Assembly: GCA_963851235.1 (NCBI GenBank)
Contig: CAWKOM010000007.1
Location: forward strand, 109,429-173,428
DNA from: an uncultured Acidobacteriota bacterium
GTDB lineage: Bacteria; Acidobacteriota; Terriglobia; Acidiferrales; UBA7541
Length of the DNA: 64,000 nucleotides
Reading direction: 5' to 3'
The notes beneath the pieces were generated by a model that worked only from the letters and a program-made list of their open reading frames with translations, had not been told where the DNA came from and made no database searches. Within the stretch, counting starts at the first letter, position 1. Each line of letters opens with the position of its first letter. This document shows positions 46,914 through 55,410 of this stretch, in pieces. Both the position numbers and the translations under genes were made by a program.

Positions 46914-48872
46914 TTGAGATTGCGAAACCTTCTGCTCACCTTTTTGGTACTCGCTTCCGCAAGCCCAGCCTTTGCCAACTGGACGGTTGTTCAACAAACC
47001 GCCAGTCCTCAAGTTCAGTCCACCTCGGTAACGGTTCAGTTTCCATCAGCCGTCACCGCCGGGGACATGATCCTGGTTCACGTTATCTGGGCCACCAACG
47101 GCAATACGAGCGTCTCGGATAGTCTTGGAAATACCTACAATTCCGCGGCTGTTGCCCAGGGGAGCACCTCCGTCTATCAGATCAGTTCGCAGATCTTTTA
47201 CGCTGCCAATATCCTCGGTGGCCAGGACCGTGTCACCGTAACCACGTCCACGTCCACCTTTCTCAATTTTTACATCTACGAAATTTCCGGAGCTGTTGCC
47301 TCTAATCCTTTAGACGTCACCGCTACCGGCAACGGCACCGGCTTGTCTCTCTCTACTTCCTCGGTTGCCACCACCTCCCCGAGCGACTTTGTTTTCGTGG
47401 GAACCGCTCACCACTACGCTTCGGATAGCACCAACCCGGGTTTCGTCGGCATGATTGCAACTCCGACGGGAATGAGTGAATATCAGGTCGCCAACCTTTC
47501 CGGGACTGCGGTAAGCGGTTCCGGCACCCTGACCGACACAAATCCGACTTTGCCCTGGGCCGAAGCTCTAGCCGCCTTCAAAATGAATACAGGCTCAGGC
47601 GGTGGCGGCGGGCCCTCGCTAACTGCGATCCAAGTCACCCCCTTCAGCCCAACCCTGGGAATGGGGCAATCCCTCAACTTGTCCGCCATTGGAACCTTCA
47701 GCGATGGCAGTACACAGAATGTGTCCAGTTCGGTTGTTTGGAGCACGGCAAGTCCCACCATCGCATCGATCAGCTCGTCCGGCCTCGCCACTGCCGTCGG
47801 CCATGGCACGACCACCATCACCGCAACCTCCGGTTCCATTTCTGGCGGTACGCCCTTAACCGTCGAAGGCATGCTCACTTCGATTCAGGTCACGCCCTCA
47901 GGCAACTCTATTTTGATGGGTACCGCTCAACAGTTTACAGCCACGGGAACTTTCTCTGACGGCACCACTGAAAATCTTACGGCTCAGGCCACTTGGACAT
48001 CTTCCAACACTAGCGTCGCCACCATCAATTCTTCAGGTCTGGCTACTGGCATCACTGCGGGAACCTCCACGATTACTGCAACTTCGGGTGCTGTCACCGG
48101 CTCCACAGCTTTAGCCGTCACCCAGCCCATCATTGTCACACCGCCCCCAACTTCAGGTTCGCCATTGGTCCAAACAAACTATCAATGGGAGTCCACTTAT
48201 TTCGCCCAAGTTCCACCCACTTCGGGACTTTCCGCTTGCTCCCCAGCCCCTTGCATCGCTCAAACTTTCTTGAATCCCAACACCGCTGGAAATTTGATCT
48301 TTGTCTGGGTCAGCTGGAACACGAGCTCCATGACTTTCACTGGGATTTCGGATACAGCCGGTAATACCTACGTCCAGGTTCCCGGATTCCCGTCCTCCGG
48401 CGGAACCACCGACGACTTCTTCGTCGCCTACAACGTGAATGGCAGCGCTAACAACAAGGTCACCGCCAATTTTAGTGGAAGTGCCGTACCCATTTACATG
48501 CAGATTCTTGAGTATTCCGGATTGGCGACCTCCAACGCCCTGGATGTTTCTTCCACTATCCGTAAACAGGCGCAGTGCGTTGCTCCATGCAGCATTAGCA
48601 CTAACCCGACCCCCAAGACTTCTCAAGCCTCCGAGCTCCTCGTCGCCGTCTTTGACGTTGGTGGCAACGGACAGTTGACCACAGGCCCCGGATGGTCCTC
48701 AGATGCGAGTTGCGCTGGGTGCCTCGGTTGGGAGACGGACGTCAGTGGGCAAGTCGTCATCGAGCACCAACTCGTCTCGACCACCGGTTCGTTCACGGCA
48801 ACAATCACCGACGCCATGTCTGGTTGGCCGGCTTATGACGGCTATCTGTTCACATTTAAGCTACATCCTTAG
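46914..48872 (+). CDS. Secreted protein with two central Big_2 Ig-like domains flanked by two homologous beta-rich domains
   Basis: TTG 46914 with GGAG upstream gives signal peptide ...SASPAFA; repeats L..IQVTP......G....F.A.GTFSDG.T.N......W.S....A.I.SSGLAT. Confidence 0.8.
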   Translation: MRLRNLLLTFLVLASASPAFANWTVVQQTASPQVQSTSVTVQFPSAVTAGDMILVHVIWATNGNTSVSDSLGNTYNSAAVAQGSTSVYQISSQIFYAANILGGQDRVTVTTSTSTFLNFYIYEISGAVASNPLDVTATGNGTGLSLSTSSVATTSPSDFVFVGTAHHYASDSTNPGFVGMIATPTGMSEYQVANLSGTAVSGSGTLTDTNPTLPWAEALAAFKMNTGSGGGGGPSLTAIQVTPFSPTLGMGQSLNLSAIGTFSDGSTQNVSSSVVWSTASPTIASISSSGLATAVGHGTTTITATSGSISGGTPLTVEGMLTSIQVTPSGNSILMGTAQQFTATGTFSDGTTENLTAQATWTSSNTSVATINSSGLATGITAGTSTITATSGAVTGSTALAVTQPIIVTPPPTSGSPLVQTNYQWESTYFAQVPPTSGLSACSPAPCIAQTFLNPNTAGNLIFVWVSWNTSSMTFTGISDTAGNTYVQVPGFPSSGGTTDDFFVAYNVNGSANNKVTANFSGSAVPIYMQILEYSGLATSNALDVSSTIRKQAQCVAPCSISTNPTPKTSQASELLVAVFDVGGNGQLTTGPGWSSDASCAGCLGWETDVSGQVVIEHQLVSTTGSFTATITDAMSGWPAYDGYLFTFKLHP

Positions 48873-49269
48873 CCTCAGCGAACTGTCTCCACCCGCGTCG
48901 GGCGCGAAGCGGGTGGAGACGCTTTTTGCCATGGAAGTGGTTTACGTTCGAAAATTATGTAGACTTTCAAGTTTCCAGCCGCCCTCTTCAACTCCATTTT
49001 CAGCCGTCAACAACTGCTACGGGATTGCCTTGGCGTCCATTCTCACTCTTTCAAACTCTCCCGCACAACCACGTGAACAGCGATTTGCGCTGTTTGCTTC
49101 ACTCGCAGGCGTGCCTCTTCATCTGCGACTCTTCATAGAGGTCTGCCGCATCTGTGTTCAGATGAAGTTCTAGGAGCCCCTCGATTAGGTTCATTTAGCC
49201 GCTTGTTCACGCTATGGGCAGGCAGACTCGTCTTCTTAAGCGCGGGTCTATCAACTCGTCGCCGAAGTC

Positions 49270-50361
49270 TTAGTCCGTGGTTGTGTTTCCGACTGCGGCA
49301 GATTTGGCTCTGGTGGGGTACGTCACTTGCCGCTGCCGCGTCGAATGCAGCCCGGCGTCCCGCAACTTGTAAAGTAATGTCCGGTAGCTGATTTTCAAGT
49401 CCTGCGCGGTTTTTCGCCGATTCCAGTTGTGCCTTTCCAAAGTCTTCAGGATGACGTCGCGCTCCAGATCTTTCCCGGCTTCAGCCACTCTTCTCTTGAA
49501 CGAAACTTCGGTCGTCTGTGTGTCATTCTCCAATGTCTTTCGGTTTGCGGCTGCTCTGAGGTACGTCTCCAATGCTTCCTGAGGCCCCAGGATCACGCAT
49601 CTGGCCATGCAGTTTTCAAGTTCCCGGATGTTTCCCGGCCAGTCGGCTCTTTGCAGAAGTCGCATCATCTCAATCGGGAGACTAGGCGCTGTTTGTTGAA
49701 AGCGCACGCCGTAAAGCTCTAGGAAATGCTCTGCCAGAGTGGTCACATCCACCGCCCTGTCACGCAACAGCGGCAGCTTGATGTGGATGACGTTGATTCG
49801 GTAAAACAGATCGATTCGAAAATGGCCCGCCTGCACTTCCTTCTCTAGTTGCCGGCTCGTTGCGCAAATCAGTCTGGTGTGTACCCGTTTTTCTTCTTCT
49901 CCGCCGATTCGACTGAACTGCCAGTCCTGTAAGAACTGCAGCAGTTTGGCCTGCAGTCCTAACGCAAGCTCTCCTATTTCGTCCAGGAAAAGCGTGCCTC
50001 CGTCGGCCAGCTCAACACGTCCTGGTTTTGCTGTGTTCGCGCCAGTGAAGGCCCCCTTCTCGTACCCAAAAAGCTCGCTCTCCATCAATGTGCCGGGAAT
50101 TGCCGCACAATTTACCTTCACGAACTTGCCTTTGCTCCAAATCGATCGCTCGTGAACCAGGCGCGCTAGTACTTCCTTGCCTGTGCCATTTCCTCCCTCA
50201 ATCAGTAGCGGAACGTCGGAGTTCGCTACCTTCTCGATCCTCTGCCGTACAAGCCGCATCGCTGGCGTCTGGCCGAAATAGATCTCGTCAGCGGGCAACT
50301 CGTTTACAGGAGATGTTGCGTGCTCTGGCTTGTGCACTCGCCTCAAGGCCTCAAGAAACAC
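49270..50361 (-). CDS. Sigma54 enhancer-binding protein without receiver domain (intact AAA+ plus HTH)
   Basis: GGNGTGKE, VNCAAIP, ESELFGYEKGAFTGA, TLFLDE, DLFYRIN, WPGNIRELEN, HTH KISYRTLLYKL. Confidence 0.9.
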   Translation of the reverse strand: MFLEALRRVHKPEHATSPVNELPADEIYFGQTPAMRLVRQRIEKVANSDVPLLIEGGNGTGKEVLARLVHERSIWSKGKFVKVNCAAIPGTLMESELFGYEKGAFTGANTAKPGRVELADGGTLFLDEIGELALGLQAKLLQFLQDWQFSRIGGEEEKRVHTRLICATSRQLEKEVQAGHFRIDLFYRINVIHIKLPLLRDRAVDVTTLAEHFLELYGVRFQQTAPSLPIEMMRLLQRADWPGNIRELENCMARCVILGPQEALETYLRAAANRKTLENDTQTTEVSFKRRVAEAGKDLERDVILKTLERHNWNRRKTAQDLKISYRTLLYKLRDAGLHSTRQRQVTYPTRAKSAAVGNTTTD

Positions 50362-50394
50362 AACGAAATTTCCAGGAAATGCTTCTTGTAGTTA

Positions 50395-50410
50395 TGCATC
50401 TGGAGCGCCA
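50395..50410 (-). promoter_or_regulatory. Candidate sigma54 promoter for the receiver-less activator
   Basis: Minus strand TGGCGCTCCAGATGCA (GG-N10-GC), about 35 nt upstream of GTG 50361. Confidence 0.6.
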
Positions 50411-51300
50411 GTCGAGTTACCCGGCTACTTGCAGCTTGTACTGCGGTGCCACCTGAGCCTTATCCAACTTACTGTAAACAAATGCCTTACTAGAAGCCTA
50501 ATGCGCCTGCCTCTTTTTTGCCTTCCCTGGCTCAGCAGTTCTCCAGCAAGACTTCCTTCACTGGAACTAAATTACGCAAAGTGTCGAAAGCTTTGCCCAG
50601 ATTTTTCCAATCAAGAGTCCTCCCCATTTGAATCCAGTACTAGAACTCCTTGTGCCCGTTCCTCTTGCCGCTGTCTAAATCCCTTTTTCCAAAGAACAGG
50701 AAAGATTCACTTCGCGCTTGTGTTCTGCCTCACGCCGATCCCTCCGCGTCCTTCGATCGGTTCGCGGGACGCGCGCATTTCACCCGTGCCTTGCATATCC
50801 GATAGCCCACCCACTTCTCGAGCACTCCTCACTCATAATTCTCCTGTTAATGGCTCAGCCATACTTCGTCGGTCGGGCACCTTTCCGCCCGCATTACATC
50901 GAGGATTGACCCAACGACCTTCACGCTTTGCTTCCGGACCCGCGCTTCTCTGCGCCACTACTTTGTCGAATGCGTGATTCTTCAGGCCCATCTCAGCCCG
51001 GCTTCTCTCAAACGCTCGCCATCTCTGCCGAGTCCTTTGGCTTAATGCACAACCATTAAGCAGCTAGGCGAGGCCGTTTTTTTGGGTGATGGAATGGACT
51101 TTCTGGGCTGTCCAGTTAGCTCCGCAGGACTCAGGGGATCATCCTGGGAACAGTGTTGCGAAGTGGCAAACTAATCTTAATCAGACCGCACTAGGGAATC
51201 CAGAAACGGGTTGACTCATTCCGCTGCCAAAGCTCCGGGCAGGACAACCGAGTGTCCCTGCTCTCGCCTTCCGCCTCGTGGCCAGCTCCAACTTTGTCGA

Positions 51301-51639
51301 TTACGCCTTTGCGGCTTCTCCTCGGATAATGTCGTATCGTTCGATCACCGCAGCCACACCCAATCGTGATGTGCCATCCTTCACGCGTGGCTCCACTCGC
51401 ACAACCTTTCCTAAGGCCCTCACAAATACCTCTGTACCGTGAGTTATTTCTGCTGGTAGCGTCAGCGTGATATCCAACTCCGATCCCGCCGAGAGATCCT
51501 GCTCGATGACGAAATACAATCCTCGCGTCGAAATGTCGCGCGTCTCTCCTTCTTGGGAATCCACCCGGCGTTCGGTAGGTACGCGAATAATGACTGGCAA
51601 GGACAAATCGTAACGACGAGCCGTCCGGCGTTCCGTCAT
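51301..51639 (-). CDS. Stand-alone PilZ domain protein
   Basis: Start moved to ATG 51639 (MTERRTARRY); RxxxR and DISTRG (DxSxxG) c-di-GMP motifs. Confidence 0.88.
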   Translation of the reverse strand: MTERRTARRYDLSLPVIIRVPTERRVDSQEGETRDISTRGLYFVIEQDLSAGSELDITLTLPAEITHGTEVFVRALGKVVRVEPRVKDGTSRLGVAAVIERYDIIRGEAAKA

Positions 51640-51781
51640 TCCCCCGACCTCCGGTATTTGCGGCGGTGACGTGCATTGAACCGCGCGGTCAGCATGTGAA
51701 CTTACTAGAAATGAACAAACTTTGCCAGCCCTGGAATCCGCAAAATCGGCAAAGCCCCTAAACTCCCGTCCATCCGGAATC

Positions 51782-53242
51782 CTACTCGTTCCGTGTCCCA
51801 ACTACTGTTGGTGTTTCCGCGGCGGCTGGCGCTGCAGCCGAGCGCCGCGCGCGCGGCGTATCTAGATTAAACTGTCTCATTTTGTAAAGCAGTGCCTTAT
51901 AGCTGATTCCCAGCATTTTCGCCGCATCCTTGCGGCACCACCGCGTCTTCTCCAGCGCGTCTGCAATCGCTTCCATTTCCGCTTCATCTTTCAAACCGCG
52001 AACAAGCGCTTTCAAACCCTGTTCGCGAGGCGGAGTGGGTTCTTCGCGCGGAGAAGTACGTTGCCGGACGGACGACATCTCCACCAATTCTCGCAAGCTG
52101 CCTTCATCGTCCTCTAAAATCACATACCTTTTCACGAAATTCTCCAGCTCGCGTAAATTCCCCGGCCACGGATAATTCACCGCCGCATCCAACAAATGCT
52201 TCGACGGCCCCGCCGGCGTCTTTCCGAATTTCTCGCTGTACTGCTCTAGAAAGTGCCGGAAAAGCAGCGGAATTTCGACAAGCCTTTCGCGCAACGGTGG
52301 CACGAGAATCGACAACACGTTTAGCCGGTAATAAAGATCCTCGCGGAATCGGCCCGTTTTCATCGCTTCTTGCACGTCCACGTTTGTGGCCGCTAGTACA
52401 CGGACATCCGTATCGATCAAATGTCTGCCGCCCAGCCGCGAATATTGGTGATCCTGAAGCACGTGGAGTAGCTTGGCTTGCAAGGGTGTGGTCATCTCCG
52501 CAATTTCATCCAGGAAAATCGTCCCTTTGTTCGCCATTTCAAATTTGCCAGGCTTGCTTCTTATCGCACCCGTGAACGCGCCCTGTTCGAATCCGAACAG
52601 TTCGGACTCGAGTAGTTCACCAGGCAGCGCCGCGCAATTTACTTTCACAAAAGGCTGGTTCCGCCGCTTCGAACGCAGGTGGATCATCCGCGCCACTACT
52701 TCCTTACCTACGCCGCTCTCTCCGCAGATAAAAACGGGTACGTCCACCGGAGCAATCTGCAGAATCTGCTGGCGGATGCGCACCATCTGCGGGCTGGCCG
52801 CGAGAAAACTCAAATCTTCCGTGACTTGATCGCAATAATCGCGCAGCGCCTGGTTTTCGGTCGTAAGCTGCTTCTTCTGGCGAGACTTGAGCATCGCCGC
52901 GTCCAACTCCGTCTTCTCAAAGGGCTTCGTCAAGTAGTCGTGCGCCCCGATACGAATTGCTTCGACGACCGTGCCAACCTCATTCGAGCAGGACAGCATG
53001 ATCACGTTCAGGCTGCGGTCCGCTTGCATCAGCTCTTTTAAGGTCTCGATCCCATTCAGCTCGGGCATCAAGACATCCAATATGATGAAGTCCGGTCGCT
53101 CCCCCCCATTCACCTTGGCGATGGCTTCTCTTCCGGAACTGACGGCCTCGACCTCGTATCCGTCCACTTCCAGCAGCGTCTGCAAATACTTGCGGATGCT
53201 TGGCTCATCATCCACAACCAGAATTTTTTCTTTAGCGCCCAT
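51782..53242 (-). CDS. NtrC-family sigma54-dependent response regulator (REC-AAA+-HTH)
   Basis: ILVVDDE, LDVLMP (phospho-Asp), YLTKPF, GESGVGKE, GAFTGA, FLDE, WPGNLRELEN, HTH GISYKALLYKM. Confidence 0.95.
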   Translation of the reverse strand: MGAKEKILVVDDEPSIRKYLQTLLEVDGYEVEAVSSGREAIAKVNGGERPDFIILDVLMPELNGIETLKELMQADRSLNVIMLSCSNEVGTVVEAIRIGAHDYLTKPFEKTELDAAMLKSRQKKQLTTENQALRDYCDQVTEDLSFLAASPQMVRIRQQILQIAPVDVPVFICGESGVGKEVVARMIHLRSKRRNQPFVKVNCAALPGELLESELFGFEQGAFTGAIRSKPGKFEMANKGTIFLDEIAEMTTPLQAKLLHVLQDHQYSRLGGRHLIDTDVRVLAATNVDVQEAMKTGRFREDLYYRLNVLSILVPPLRERLVEIPLLFRHFLEQYSEKFGKTPAGPSKHLLDAAVNYPWPGNLRELENFVKRYVILEDDEGSLRELVEMSSVRQRTSPREEPTPPREQGLKALVRGLKDEAEMEAIADALEKTRWCRKDAAKMLGISYKALLYKMRQFNLDTPRARRSAAAPAAAETPTVVGTRNE

Positions 53243-53278
53243 CGATTTCTCCCTTAACCTTGCTCCACATCTCGACGC

Positions 53279-54529
53279 CTAATTTTGATCCATCGGCAAC
53301 AAGAACGTGAATCTGCTTCCCGACTTCTGCTCGCTCTCCACCCAAATCTTCCCCCGATGTGCTTGAATCAAGCGCTTTGCAATCGCGAGCCCAAGGCCCA
53401 TTCCGGAAGTGCTGCGGTCAACCCTTACAAAATCTTCAAAAATCTCCTGGTGATACTCCGGTGCGATTCCAGATCCGGAGTCGGCCACGGAAACTTCCAC
53501 GCTGTTGGGCCTCGGAAGCCGGAATCGACGCCGCTCTTCTACGGGCGCAACCGTCGCCACACGGCGTTCCCAGAAATGCGGTGCCGCCTTGAAGGTCACC
53601 GTCCCGCCCGCGGGCGTGTGCTTGAGCGAATTGTCTAGCAGATTCGCGGCCGCTTGCTGCACTTTCTGGTAATCGAAGCGGAATGTCGGAATCGACGGAT
53701 CGAACATCGCATCCAGTCTGACGCCCTTTCGCTGGAAAGCTTCCGACCAGCGCTTCGCCAACTCATCCAGGCAATCGCGCAGATCATTCTCCCGAAGCTG
53801 CAGCACCAGTTTTCCGCTCTCCAAGGCGGAATAATTCAGGAACATCGAAACCAGTCTCACCAGTCGTTCGCAACTGTCTTTCGACTCTTCCAGGATGTCA
53901 CGCTGCTTCTCCGTTAAACGCCCCAGCGATCCCGTCAGCATCAAATCGTAGTAACCCTTGATCACGGCCAGCGGCGTCTTTAATTCATGCGCCGCGGACG
54001 CAAGAAACACCGTCTTCTGCCGGTTCACTTCCTGTAATTTCAAATACGCCGCCAGCAAATTCCTGTAAGTGATCTCTCGTTCTTGGAGCAACTCTTGTAC
54101 CGTCAGTTTCGTCGCCGCATCGGGCGCGGGCTCCGTCGCGGGGTCCGTTTTCAATTGGACAATGAAGCATCCAGGCTCGGGGATCCACTGCATGCGCGCC
54201 CGAATCTTCTTTTCACCCCGCGCTACTTCGACTTCCATGTCGTGCTCTCCCCTGTCGATTTTCTGTCCGGTTTGATCCGGCGCAATTCTCAGGAGGTCGC
54301 TGAACAGATTCCATTGGTTGTAGTCGGTGTTACTCTCCGCGCCGACGTACTGTCGGGCACTCAGATTCGAGAGCAGTACTCTTCCGTTTCTTTCCGTTAC
54401 CCACACCGGTGTCTTAGCCGTTTCGAGGAGCGCGCTCACAAATCCGGGGGGGAACGGCGGAGCTTTTCGGCGTTCGGCATCGGTAGATGTCTCAATGGTC
54501 CCTGGCATTTGCGGGGTCCGCTTCTCCAA
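53279..54529 (-). CDS. Cytoplasmic sensor histidine kinase (PAS-like, HisKA, HATPase_c)
   Basis: AHELKTPL, NLLDNSLKH, DSGSGI, GMGLGL, GKIWVES; no TM segment. Confidence 0.92.
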   Translation of the reverse strand: MEKRTPQMPGTIETSTDAERRKAPPFPPGFVSALLETAKTPVWVTERNGRVLLSNLSARQYVGAESNTDYNQWNLFSDLLRIAPDQTGQKIDRGEHDMEVEVARGEKKIRARMQWIPEPGCFIVQLKTDPATEPAPDAATKLTVQELLQEREITYRNLLAAYLKLQEVNRQKTVFLASAAHELKTPLAVIKGYYDLMLTGSLGRLTEKQRDILEESKDSCERLVRLVSMFLNYSALESGKLVLQLRENDLRDCLDELAKRWSEAFQRKGVRLDAMFDPSIPTFRFDYQKVQQAAANLLDNSLKHTPAGGTVTFKAAPHFWERRVATVAPVEERRRFRLPRPNSVEVSVADSGSGIAPEYHQEIFEDFVRVDRSTSGMGLGLAIAKRLIQAHRGKIWVESEQKSGSRFTFLLPMDQN

Positions 54530-54688
54530 TGTCGTAGGAAAATATTTTCCCTAGTCGAATTCTCATGCTCGCAGAGCTGTTTCTGACTGTCAATGGCAAA
54601 AGCATCCCATTTGCACATTTATGGAAGTCACCGGGCAACAGCGTGGACAAGAATTCAAGAGCCAAAAACTGTCGCTTCAAAATCCTTC

Positions 54689-54714
54689 CTACTTGAATGA
54701 AAACAAATGAATTA
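54689..54714 (-). promoter_or_regulatory. 26-bp AT-rich IHF-like box (inverted orientation)
   Basis: Minus strand TAATTCATTTGTTTTCATTCAAGTAG aligns with 46715-46740. Confidence 0.45.
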
Positions 54715-54738
54715 ACTCCATCCAGACCAGGCAAGCTG

Positions 54739-54754
54739 TGGCACTCAATCTGCT
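54739..54754 (+). promoter_or_regulatory. Candidate sigma54 promoter for second PilZ gene
   Basis: TGGCACTCAATCTGCT (TGGCAC-N5-CTGCT). Confidence 0.7.
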
Positions 54755-54792
54755 TATTCCCGTACTAGTTCCCTCGTACTAAGAGAGCTATC

Positions 54793-55143
54793 GTGCACAC
54801 TAGTCTGCTGAAAGATGGCCAGCGCGTGGATCCCCCTAACACTCGTCGATCCCCCCGCATTCGCTTGCAAATGCCCCTATTCTTGCGCGCCGCCGATACC
54901 TCTGGGGTTGAGTTTATTGAATTGACAAAAACCCTCAACATTAGCTCCACAGGCGCATGCGTGGCGTCAACGCACATGCTGCGTCCTGAGCAGATCGTTC
55001 ACCTCACAATCCCCGCCCCGTCTTCGGCCGCCTCGGGAGTTGTTCCCAGCGAGACCCCGCCCATCACCGCTAGGGTTCTCCGACAGGAGTCCACAGGCGA
55101 TGTACGGCTCTTTGGACTGGAATTCCTTAAGCCACTTGAGTAA
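54793..55143 (+). CDS. Stand-alone PilZ domain protein
   Basis: RRSPR (RxxxR) and NISSTG (NxSxxG). Confidence 0.85.
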   Translation: MHTSLLKDGQRVDPPNTRRSPRIRLQMPLFLRAADTSGVEFIELTKTLNISSTGACVASTHMLRPEQIVHLTIPAPSSAASGVVPSETPPITARVLRQESTGDVRLFGLEFLKPLE

Positions 55144-55410
55144 AGTATTGCCTCTTTCAAGAGCAGCACGTCTTGCGTCGGGTAAAAATGTTACATGAAT
55201 CTCGCGCAGGGCGAGCGCCGTCTCTTAAGCTTTGGCTGTATATTCTACAGTGGTAAGGAGATAGCCAGGAACCAAAGTTACCCAGCTACACCAAGGAGTG
55301 GCTCTGGACCTCTCTTTAATTGGTCTTAAGCTTGCTCCTCACAGAAAGAGAAAGCCACATGTGCTTTCCCCAAACCCCGCGGGGATAGGCTAAAGTCAGG
55401 TATACCGGAT

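Noticed and set aside
50570-50600. c-di-GMP-I riboswitch (GGCAAA/GCAAAG strings; also 1-10 and near 51750)
   Set aside because: The P2 GNRA/receptor architecture and conserved GA/GC binding nucleotides could not be built; better explained as a DNA palindrome.
55235-55249. LexA-like box CTGT-N7-ACAG upstream of the cyclase
   Set aside because: Spacer is 7 nt rather than 8, and the LexA motif of this lineage need not be E. coli-like.
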